A stretch of 36,025 nucleotides of DNA from Lenisia limosa (Eukaryota; Protista; Breviatea), in contig LPNZ01003397.1 in assembly GCA_001655205.1 (NCBI GenBank), positions 1 to 36,025 of the forward strand, read 5' to 3'. This document shows positions 1 to 10,443 of the stretch, in pieces. The translations under genes were made by a program, and so were the position numbers. The notes beneath the pieces are model-generated. The model did no database searches and was not told the DNA's origin. It saw only the letters and a program-made list of their open reading frames with translations. Within the stretch, counting starts at the first letter, position 1. Each line of letters starts with the position of its first letter.

Positions 1-24
1 GATTTCTTTTACTGACCTTTTCAG

Positions 25-1340
25 AGTATCCAATCAGCAATGGGAGGTTTCAACGACACTCACTCTGAAAAGTTGGGGGGGGGGGGCTATGAGATTGAGG
101 CAGCAAGCACGCTTGACCCCTCAGACGTCTGCCATTAGCCTCGCGACAGGCCATTGGCTTCTCAGTTGACCCGAACGGGCTTGACACAGGCCCCATCATG
201 CCCGAGAAGAAGACAGACTCCACGAAAAGGGTTGGCTTTGGTCTTAGCTTTGCGGCTCGTTATTCATTGGCGTTGTTCATTGAGGTCATTTATTTTGCAT
301 ACTATATATCATATATATTATACAATATGGCTGATAGATGATTTGACCGCCCTCCCTGACCTTTTAGTCTGGGCGCATGTCCTCAATGTCTCTTTCGGAA
401 AGCACCACGTCTCTCAACGGTTTCCGAAGTGTCCAACGACTTGACAAGGTAGGCACTGGACCGTCCCGCTCACGCCCAGGCTTTTGAGCAATCCATTCGG
501 AAGAGATGGAGCACGCGATTGTGGCATGGCGATACCAACAGCATGGACGCACAACAATGGACCAACCTGGTGAGTCCTTACTAACTCGAATCTCTTTGAC
601 GGATTCATTGAAGACCCACAATTGTCTTGTTCTTAATATTGAGTGACTCTTCAGTTCCAACAAACGTCACTTTGGCTCCACATGGGCCCGGGTAGTTTTG
701 TCGAGAACCTAGACCCTGGCTGCTGCATCCACTCCATAGACCTCCATCAAGTATGCTAGAGGCCTTGCTTGGCTGACATGCACTTTATACCATTCTTCTG
801 CGATTGTAACAATGCAGTTGTGTGCCGCCATTCTGTTGGACAGGATTGACAGTGTCACGTGCCGTCGCGCATTCGACAGGCGAATGGCCAACTTGGTGGG
901 CATGCCTTGCTTTGCTCTTTTTCAGATTGATTCTCACCGGTTAGCCCGCAAAATGGAAGTCCCTCTCTGACGCCAACATTTCCGCAATGCTTCTGTCAAT
1001 CCAAGGGCTGCCTTGTATTGTCGCCCCCCTCTGCACCACCATGCCTGATTGTGCTGTTTCGGTCTGCTGGAGGGCTTGCTCTTGGCTTTACTATGAAAAT
1101 GATGACCTAACCTCGCAGACGATGATGAGTTTGTTGGAGGCTATGATTGGAGGCACCCCTATTGGCGAGGCTCTCCACTCGAAATCCAAAGTGCCTGGTA
1201 GGTGCTATGATGGGCATTGATGGTGTTGATGATGCTTGATTTACTGTGTAGGTACTGCTATTGACAGGATCCACGCTTTTTCCATGAGGGTTGTTGGTTT
1301 GGGGTTGGTATCGGTTGCAAGAAAGTCAGGCAGTGATTAG
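25..1340 (+). CDS. CFAP46: 3' part of a CFAP46/TTC40-like central-pair flagellar protein (degenerate CHAT/peptidase C50-like C-terminus); gene starts before the window
   Basis: Hand-splicing gives an essentially open chain: ...FSVDPNGLDTG...AFEQSIRKRWSTRLWHGDTNSMDAQQWTNL|FQQTSLWLHMGPGSFVENLDPGCCIHSIDLHQ|LCAAILLDRIDSVTCRRAFDRRMANL...GLPCIVAPL...LLEAMIGGTPIGEALHSK...MRVVGLG...TAG (1338-1340). Acceptors ctgaccttttcag (ends 24) and ctgaccttttag (ends 368) are clean. The QW..L...S....G..SF...L...A.LLD...S...RR pattern matches my recollection of the CFAP46 C-terminus. Junctions near 950-1100 are not fully resolved. Confidence 0.6.
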
Positions 1341-1623
1341 GTTGTATTCTAGTGCTATTATGTTTCAGTATGTTTCCATGTATTTCTTTTTTGTGCTATC
1401 AAATTTTGTTTTTGTTTTCGCTCAAAGACTCAAGTTGGGACCGACAGAATTAATTTGGAAGGTGCTGAAATAAATAGTATGTATCAAAAAACGAAATGGG
1501 TGTTGGCTCAAAACAGCCTGAGGGGGAACTTCGCCGCATNNNNNNNNNNNNNNNNNNNNNNNNNNNNNNNNNNNNNNNNNNNNNNNNNNNNNNNNNNNNN
1601 NNNNNNNNNNNNNNNNNNNNNNN

Positions 1624-3016
1624 TTGGACCGGACCTGAAGTCAGTCATTACCAACTACATTGACTCCAACCTGAGTGGGTCTGCGCCTCAAGTTCGGACT
1701 GAGCAGCAAAATCCAGGTCAAGCGTGGCAAGCTTGATTCGCCCCTCAAGAATCTTATCCGTATTGATCTGCGAGGTAAAACCAATCAGATTCGGTCAAAC
1801 CTCCACAGGTATGGAATAGTAGGACTGCATTGTCCCGCGTGTAGCTCCCCACATTGCTCCAGTCCAGCCGCCGAGAGTACCGCAAATCTCCTTACCCTTC
1901 AGCTTTCCCAGGGCGGGCGCAGCTGTTTGGTCAGAACATGGTCTGGTCAAGAACACCAGAGGAAATAAGGATTTGGGCTATAGGGTCATTTGTATCATTT
2001 ACAAATTAGGAAGAATACAAAATACATTGTTCCGAAAGACAGAATGTATCTATTTAACCTCGATGTTATTCCGGGCTTCTCTGTCAGGAATCAATACAAG
2101 TGTGGTGTGGTAAATCTCCTCAGTATTGCTAGTCGTATTGTAAAATGTGATTCCAGAGAGTGATTGAAAGCACAGACCTATTGATGCAGTGAGAGCAAAG
2201 AGGGGGGCACGCGGTACCATGAGGGACATAAGGGATGCGGCCGTGCCGATATGCATGCCATGTGACGACCCTACCCTGCATAGCATCAGTACATGTCATC
2301 TTTAGCTAGCTCTTTTCTTGACCGACTCCATCAAAGTTAATACAGAAACCGGGAATTGTGAAAATATCAATATCTGCATATTTTTGGACCATAGGGAACT
2401 CATTATACTAGTATTCGCAAAAACACACAACAGCAAAACCTACGATTGGCCTGCAAGAATGCCGTTTACTTTACTTTCAAAAGTCGCTGCTGCAATGCTG
2501 TCCATTCGCCCTAGCTCCGCGGGGGCTTTCATATCCGGGAACTATTACATTAGAGGAGGACCACAAAAACAGCCCATCTCCCTACAAGGAAAACAAAACT
2601 AAGGATTATGAATCTATCTCATGAGGAAGAAACAAACTATAAATACTACATCTGTCTCCACTTCCCACGCTGAAAAGCTCAGTAAGGCTAAATCTGTTCC
2701 TCAACACCGTGAGGAAGGCTTCAGAGGTATGCAGAATATCAGCCGCAAACACCGGCGGCACGTCACCCTTCTCTATCAAGTAGTCCACATGCATAGCCGA
2801 GTGCAGGCCTTCTGAATCGTTAAAATGCTCGAATACTGCCTGCCCCCCTTCATCTTTCAATACTAATCTGACAATATTGCCTTAATTAGTGAATATCTTA
2901 TCATGTGTTCAGATCGAATGTCCCCAAACTCCCGCAATGAGAAATACCAAATCCAAAGTATTAACCTATGAAAGACAAACCAGGCTTGAGGCTAAACAGA
3001 AGAGGCGCCGGGGCCA
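1624..3016 (-). CDS. ADP-ribosylglycohydrolase (ARH)-fold-like protein; 3' end runs into the gap, 5' exons unresolved
   Basis: Spliced chain: DEGGQAVFEHFNDSEGLHSAMHVDYLIEKGDV...FPDMKAPAELGRMDSIAAATF...QSVGSSHGMHIGTAASLMSLMV...NNIE|PKSLFPLVFLTRPC...KEICGTLGGWTGAMWGATRGTMQSYYSIPVE|INTDKILEGRIKLATLDLDF. The end resembles the ARH motif DTDT.AA.AGAL.GA.YG...IP..W...LE.R..L..LA. Donors gtaggt, gttaaa, gtttga and gttgga give matching phases. Best supported from 1624 to 2854. Confidence 0.45.
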
Positions 3017-3379
3017 TTGTTTCCAGGGATGTCAACGCAATGCTTTTAGAAAGGTCAACTGTTCACTTTTCACTGTTCAGTCTGCTGGAGTGGAGGGGCG
3101 GACCTGATCAACTAGTTACACAGCTTGTTTTCTGGAGTTGCTTGTTGCGGGCTGTTAAATTAGTGGTGTGTTTTCAAATATAATGTGTATTTTTGTGTGT
3201 AAAAGGCCTGTATTTGCGATTTGTGAAAGAGAGGGGGCAACGCGGCCGGCAATTTGCCTTTTAGCAAAATTTTGACTTTGCTCATTTTTATTTAATTTTA
3301 CTGTTTTATTTATTTATTTATTGTATTAGAGTTAAAGAAATTGGAACTGGAACCATAGCTACCTCCAAATGTAGACGCC

Positions 3380-6300
3380 ATGCCTAACCCATACTCGCCA
3401 GCGCCCCCAAAGGGGCCTAACAATGGCCGATCATCTGCAAAATCAAAGTTAGTGTGGGCCATGAACACATCTCGTCTTCTCCGTCAGGCTTCACCTTCTT
3501 ATGATGTATCTTCTCTCTCTAATTGAGGTCCTGATCTTTTCAGGGGACGAAAGTCGACTAAATCGGTTAAGCCAAAACCATCATCACAAAAAAGGTTTGA
3601 AGGATAGACGAGATTTGTTGAGAGAGCATGCTGCTGCTCTGTGCTCAATAACTCTCTCAGAACTACATCACTTCCTGGCTTCCCACAGATACAACAAGAG
3701 AGTAAACAACCAAGTGAGCCATTGGGAATCTTGTTGTCCTGGAACGTTCAGAAAAGAGTTACCTCCTTTACCTCCATAGCCATGTCACCACGGGAGCTCT
3801 TGGAAAGTGCTCAGCCTATCAGGTAGGGTACATGATTGCATTGTGACGGGTTGGGGGTAGAGGGTACAGAGAAGAATCGCATTTGTTTTTTGATATGGAG
3901 TCTGGGATATAATCAGTTCCATTGGTCACGAAAGCCCTAAGGCTTCCAGCTTGGTGAACGCGAATGGTGGCACAAGTCCAAGACCCTCGGCGGTTGGACT
4001 CACTCTCCCGATGGGATCCGTAAACAGACAATCTTCACTGCAGTCCATATCCTCAACTTCAAGCTCCCCTAAAGTCGCCATTCCACAAGTACGAGACGAT
4101 ACCTTTGGAATGAACAAGCCCACTTGGAATCCAGCCGGATTGTCATTACCCCCCCCCCCCNNNNNNNNNNNNNNNNNNNNNNNNNNNNNNNNNNNNNNNN
4201 NNNNNNNNNNNNNNNNNNNNNNNNNNNNNNNNNNNNNNNNNNNNNNNNNGTAGGCCCGGTAGTAAGATGTCATTTTCGTTTGTGTGTTATGACTGTCAGG
4301 TCAAGCCACCCCCCGCTTCCTTCGCAACTCAACCAATCGTTCAAGCCACCAGGGTCCAAGACAGCCCAGTCCGTTTGTATGTTGGACGGACCCTTGTTTA
4401 TACATGTATATGCGGTCCCTCTGACGCTGCAGCAAAACAGCCCCCCGGACGGCTGTCGTCCCTTGCTGCAGTCCCCAATCAGCGCCCCACCAACACTCNN
4501 NNNNNNNNNNNNNNNNNNNNNNNNNNNNNNNNNNNNNNNNNNNNNNNNNNNNNNNNACTATGCCATTGCTGTCTACTTTTTTTTTGCTGCTAATTGAGTA
4601 TCTACGTATTATATGGTTCCCTAAAACACTAAATTGGATTGGTCTGGTGCACTGGGCTGCATTTGTTGTGACTCACGCCTGCAGTTGAACCTCAGCAACC
4701 TGCGGTCCCTTGCTGATCTGCCTGCTTTGAAACGTTCCAGCAATCCTCCGCCCCCTTCTTCCATACCCTCCGCTCCATCCACATCCCTTAACCAAAAGCA
4801 AGTGCTGTCACGTCCGTCTTATGAGAAGCTAAAGACTCCGGCAGCCGATTTTCCTCTGGTCGTTGAGGCCCCGTCCACTTCCTCCGAAACCCCATCAAGT
4901 CAACAAGCTATCCCCCCCTCCCAGCCTTCCGCACCTATGGCAAAACCAGTCGAAAAGCCCGCACCTGTGGCAAAACCAGTCGAAAAGCCTACACCATCCA
5001 CCCTATCCCCCCGTCTTGCCCCTGAATCGTCGCCCCGAATAGGCTCATCTATGTCACCCAAAAAGGAAAGTTCACCCAGCTCTTGCCGCACCCCTCGCGG
5101 CCGCTTATCGGGCCTTATTGACCACAGTGAACCTGAAGCCCCCCTCCGAGCCTCTCCCAGCCTTGACGACGACCTCGATACCCATGATTCCTTCGTGCGC
5201 AAGCTGCGGTTACGTCCCTCCAAAATTGCCGTTGATTCCCACGGTCCGGAGCTATCAGCCCGAAGCACCGCCAAGTCCCTTGTTCAAGGCTCTTCTGAAT
5301 CCGAGGCTCTAGATGACATCATAATCCCAGGCCAAACTGGCAACGACGAAAGCTCGGACATAATGTAGGAATGGGTTTGTCTTCAACTTTCCATCTCAAT
5401 TTGGTGTTTTTGACGATATAGGCACCCCATGTCGCCACGGAGTCATCGGGCTAGCATCGGCGGCGGAGGCTCCACTCGCAGCCTCCGGGCCTTGGACCAA
5501 GCCTTCCAAAACACATGGACTGCACCACACGTGGAGCCACGCTCAACTGTTGCGTCAACGCGCAGTCTCACCAGCAGCCATCATGAGCATAGGGGCTATG
5601 ATGAGGAGTTCCATGAGTCAGGTAGGGGACAAATCAAATCATATGCTTTTTCTGAACCTTCACCTACCCTGCCCTTCTTCCCATATCATATGCGTTTTTT
5701 GTAGCATTTTTAGTAGCTTTTACATGGAAAGGCGAGACAAGGATCATAATCTCTATTGAAACTAGGATCATAGAGAGTAAAGTCTCTATTGAAACTAAGA
5801 TCATAGAGAGTAAAGTCTCTTTTGAAACAAGGATCATAGAGATCCGCTGGTTTTTCCGCAATGATACACCACAGCCCCTCACTGGTTCAGACGGAGAAAG
5901 CAGCTCCGGACGGCCTACTGACAGTGATGATGATTCCGAAATTAGCAATTACCGTGCTCAGTTGACTTCGTCTCAACTGTCGCGCAGTCTTCGGCTTTCA
6001 CGCAATCCATCCATTGTTGAGCACCAAGATCTGAGTGATGTCGGCGAGGCCTCTGAAAATGACTTCACAGACGAAGCCCAGGTGTGCAGGTTTAGTGAGG
6101 CCTCGGGTACTCTTGGTCTCATTCGAGCAAAGAAGGAAGTAATAAGACAGTATTTAAAGGGTTGTAACACAATTCACAATTCAGCGATATCCTAGTATTG
6201 ATACTTCATTTGGAATGGAGTGTAGCTCTAGCTAGCAATGTAACCAATCAGGGCTTTACTGCCGAGAAAGAGGACGCATTCGAAGTCATGCACTACGGCA

Positions 6301-7136
6301 GCTCAAAACAGGTTCTTCAGGAACATGATGGTTTGTTGGGTTCAATCTAGGGTGGTTCTCACACTTGTTAGAGTTGGCTCAAGAGGAAGCTCAGGAAAGT
6401 ATTGGACAGCTACCTTCCTTCAGGAAAACACGAGAGTGGGATAACATTTTCTGTTTACACATATCTAGACGATCGGAATCCCATGAAGAGCGAATTGCAA
6501 AGTTCAAGAGGACCAGTATTCATGACAAATTGAGAGTTAGTTCCGACCAATCTGCTGAAATCAAAATCTAGTAGATTTTTCTTGTGAATAATGGGTTTTT
6601 TTTTATCTTCATGATCTTTAGAACTAGGTTAATCTTTTTGCTGACTATTTAGGGGTGGAGACTCCGATCAATCCAGCGGATCACGCAGTCTCGAAAAGAA
6701 GCCGTAGGAGGGCTGTCCCCTCCCCCGCTACCCCGACAACATATACATAACATAATATTTTTCATCAAATCATCTGAGAAGTCTTTTCATGAACTCTTCA
6801 GGATCATCGAAGGAAGCTGTTGATCCAAATGCAAAAGGAGCGCATTTTGACAGAGGTGAGAGGGAACTGCTGCTATCTTTTCCAGCCCTCTTTACCTGGA
6901 TAACACCCTAGATTCCACGGTTTCTGGTTCACGACATTATGGAGGAGTGTCTCCCTGTTGTCAAACAAACGACTGCCTATTATTTGTGAGTTCTCAATGG
7001 GCCTTTCTGTCAGTGTTTTCAAGAACCCATCATCATGGAATGTAGGGCTACTCTCGGTCCGAAAAGTGTGATAACACGCAAGTCCAAACAGCACTACAAC
7101 CAAATTCTTGAGATGCTTGGAAGGCCGCCAGAGTAG
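3380..7136 (+). CDS. Long multi-exon Ser/Pro-rich, largely disordered protein of unknown function, spanning two N gaps
   Basis: Probable ATG at 3380 (MPNPYSPAPP). Open exons include 3951-4160 and 4685-5364. The intron 5365-5421 joins in frame to MHPMSPRSH. One splicing path ends in a short Cys-containing C-terminus (PCCQTNDCLLF|CFQEPIIMECRATLG...HYNQILEMLGRPPE, TAG 7134-7136). Continuity across the gaps is assumed. Confidence 0.6.
4930..4989 (+). repeat. 30-bp coding tandem duplication (APMAKPVEKP APVAKPVEKP)
   Basis: gcacct(a/g)tggcaaaaccagtcgaaaagcc(c/t) occurs twice inside ORF 4634-5368. Confidence 0.9.
5750..5842. repeat. 33-bp tandem repeat, about 2.8 copies
   Basis: Unit tctctattgaaactaggatcatagagagtaaag starts at 5750, 5783 and 5816, with a few mismatches. 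Confidence 0.9.
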
Positions 7137-7289
7137 TCCGAGTCGTTATACTGTAGTTGTTTAGGGTATTAGTTTCTTAGAGGTTTCATTATCGAGCTGG
7201 ATATCGTATTATGTATTTGCTGTTTCAATTTTCAACCAATTCCCCCACCACATAAAGCTTATGACCATAGGAGGCCGGCCGGTTAGCAT

Positions 7290-9899
7290 TTTAGTCAGTT
7301 GTAAACCTGAAAGTCAGGCCAATACAAACAACTTGACATTAAAACAGTAACGTACCTGGGCTTCGAGTATTTGCATTCTCTGCGTTAACATGTGACAGCC
7401 TTGGCAGCAATTTGGCATCATGGGTCCCTGGTGCTGAGGGTGACCTTGGTACATATCAGGCTCCATCGGCCCGAGTCCAGACTAAAGGAGTAACCGTCCA
7501 ATTCGTATTGTTCCACAAACGTTTTGAGGGGATGGTGCAATAATATTTGCATTGTTTTCTTTGAGATCATCCTAAACAGCCATAAGACAGGAGGTAAAAG
7601 CAACACTAGTCTGAAGTCCGCCAACCTGTGAAGAGGTATCCCGTGGTGAAAATGGTGGCGTCGGTTATTGACTGGGTTCATTGAGTGGTGGGTAGGGGCC
7701 ACAGAGCCTTCGTCACTACTGTAGAAGTCCTCATCTTCGTTTACAGTTGGAGCCTCAGGCTGAAGGGGACGATATACCTCTTCAGGGACATCCGACTCGG
7801 GTTGCGGCTGCATGAGACTTGCAGCAGCAACAAAGGGGGGTTGATGGCTGGCGGTGTATGCTGAGGTGGAGCTGAAACGTAAATTGCACTGGAAAAGCCT
7901 ACCTGGGGAGAAGGTCATCCACTTCTGATGAGGACTCCTCATCGCTACTTGAACTGAACCCAAATAAGGACGATGTAACGCAGAAACTGTATTTCATAAT
8001 GCTAATCTCCCTGTATATCAATTCATATGTATGCTACTATGACTCACTCTGTGTCGCCAAATAGAGGGTCGTCTCCATTATAACAAATAAACTGCCGACC
8101 CTGGTGGTACTGGATACCTGGGGTAACTACAACATCAATGGAAAAATTAGAAAAAAAAAAAACACAAATGTAAGCAAGCTTTTAAAAAGAGTCAAAATGC
8201 TCTAATCCCACATACTCATACAAATGTTGAGAAAATCAGACAGTTGTAAGATACTGAGAACTGATGGAAGAAATGGGCACATTTTGTCGACTTTTGTCTC
8301 CAAAACTGCAAGAGGAATACCCTAATCAGTGATGAGTCTCTCATTACCCAACCTCGTCCCCTGCCATTTGGGCTACCCTCTGGATGCATGCGAGGTCTCT
8401 TTTAACATCTTTATCCGAGTCTGTAAAAGGTACTGGATTGTGGCTTTCTACGAAGGTAAAAACCGATTTCACACAGTGCATAGCAGATGCCTCGTCATAC
8501 CAGGAGCTTGGGGGTTGGAGGTATTAGCTTCGGGGGCTGAGGGGTGCTAGACCTGTCAATACATGGCAAAAAGATCCTTTCTTACATGAAGCTCAAGAGC
8601 TGGGAAGATTTCTTCATTGTCAATAATGTCCGAAATGTTGATATTCGTTAGAATATGAAATATGCAATCTGATTAGTGCCTCAATGCTCACCAAACAATT
8701 AAAACTCTGAACGGAGGCACCTGGTGGAATCTCCATCCCAACTCAAAAAAAGCGCTCCAAACCAACAATACTATAGGCAGCCTCGAGCTGGGTTTTGACA
8801 ACTTCAGGCGCCTACATCATTAGAGCAACAAATGATTCAGAAGGCAAGAAGTCGGACAAACCGATTGATAGGCAGAGGCAGGGGCATTATACGAGGCTGC
8901 ACTTGTGCTTGCTTTGAGTTTACCCAGCTCACTAGGCTTTCTGAAGACGTAAAAAGACTGTAAACACGAAAACAAATCAGTCCCTTGCATACACCATCTT
9001 TGAGCACGGGTTGAAACTCAGAATTTTGGCTTTTGGCGGGATGTTTGACACACCCAAGTAAGTGAAGAACCTAAATAATGAAGACTATTCATGGCAGGTG
9101 TAGAGAACCCACCTCTTTTTACTGTTGATTCCAACTGCATATACAGACATTCCTGGTAGTGTTAAAGAAGTAAGATATCACCATCGATTACATACTCACT
9201 CAAGGCTCACAAACCTCTTGTTAAATGTGTCATTGAAACGCAATTGAAGAATGTGGGTGGGGTGTTCTTAAGCTGGAAGGTCAAGCAATTGGTGTCAACC
9301 AAATTAAAAAAGCTTGTCCCAGCCAACAATGTCTTTGAGCGTTGTCGTTGCGTCTGTTAGTTCAATCGGCCACTGCTTGAATGACGGGCTCTTTTCTACC
9401 TGTATCCGTCAGCATCCGAATAGTCAGCAACACTTCGTACCGCAAGAACAAACTTCCGACACAGGTTCACAAGTCGATCTTGGGCCATGGGGAAGGTGGG
9501 GAAAACCTGTGCAAAGGTGTGAAATTCGATGTAATAACGGAATACTAAGGAATCAAATGAGAAACACAAGAGTATTAACTTGTGAAAGTTGTGCTACCAC
9601 TATGGCCCCAAAAATACAGTCCCCCAACATTGTAGGCTTTGAGAACATCTGGAGAAGGGTGTGGAGGCCATTGAGGTTTACCTACAGGTGTGCCCTGCTT
9701 TTGTCCCCTTTATAATTCTGCTTACTACTGATTGGCCATCCTTCACTGTATAGCGCCGTGTATTATGATTGTACTCAATGCCAGGGCAAACTAAAATGGT
9801 TAAGACGAGACCAGTCAAAGTGAAGCATGAGTAATGGGACCCACTGAGGATAGCTTCCTGTAGTCCTGGATAGCCGTACTCATTAACGTTAATGGGCAT
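7290..9899 (-). CDS. Multi-exon protein of unknown function with weak IFI44-like (degenerate GTPase-fold) motifs and an acidic/Gln-rich tail
   Basis: ATG at 9897-9899 (MPINVNEYGYPGLQEAIL). Phase-consistent exons: GHTYVLKAYNVGGLYFWGHSVFRYYIEFHTFAQ...LKNTPPTFFNCVSMTHLTRGMSVYAVGINSKKRFFTYLG...AAYSIVDCIFHILTN...DVKRDLACIQRVAQMAGDEGIPLAVLETKVDKMCP...YPGIQYHQGRQFICYNGDD. The 3' end is approximate. Confidence 0.6.
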
Positions 9900-10443
9900 T
9901 CCCAGTGTATCAACGGTATTTTTATAAAATTTTGAGGGCTTTGCATCGCAGAAGTGAATAAGCGTAAATTTCAACAGAAGGGAAGAGAGGTGACAGAGCT
10001 CAATCAAAAAAAAAAGGGGGGGGGGCGGACTCAACAACCGCTATGTCTGCTTGGCTACAGCAAGCTCTGCGTGTTCTCTATCTTACTTATTATATCACTG
10101 ATCACTATTTTTAGAAGAGGTGAAGAGGAGGGTGTTTTGGGGGTTGCTGAACTTTGATTGAAAGGCATCGTTATATCCACTCCATGGCTGGTTAGTTCCC
10201 CTTCTTGACTCAAATCCCTCCAAACTCTCGTCAGCCTCTCCTCTCCCTCCCCCCTTTTCCCCCTTCTGTACAATCTGTCTGTATAAACGTATACTACCTT
10301 ATACTACACAATATATTCAGAAGAATCCGAAGAATCCACCACAGAACTACTTTACATTGTCACCAGCAGAATATTCCAATCATCAACTTTCCTTGAGCAA
10401 AACCTCTCATTGAAAACCACCTCTTAGCTGTTAAGCAGGCAGT

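Noticed and set aside
414-608. Gag-like zinc knuckle CLPCQVVGHFGNR* on the - strand, with TGA where the last Cys would be
   Set aside because: It is the antisense shadow of cleanly spliced + strand CFAP46-like exons, with no other retroelement features.
1675-1968. LINE-like C-terminal motif LHRYGIVGLHCPAC...ESTANLL on the + strand
   Set aside because: The - strand has phase-consistent introns and an open ARH-like frame over the same bases, and no RT or endonuclease is nearby.
2606-3050. Ankyrin-like words (VDYLIEKGDV, VDIPGNNGPAPLL)
   Set aside because: There is no 33-aa periodicity or TPLH consensus; the first word fits the ARH-like chain.
3840-4150. Copia integrase-like fragments (LHCDG, TAVHILN, YLWNEQ)
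   Set aside because: That frame has stops, while another + frame is open and splices into the Ser/Pro-rich gene.
9900-10443. Short ORFs (9954-10157, 10055-10273, 10205-10396) as extra genes
   Set aside because: They have no recognisable motifs or convincing splice chain; the region reads as promoter/UTR between divergent genes.
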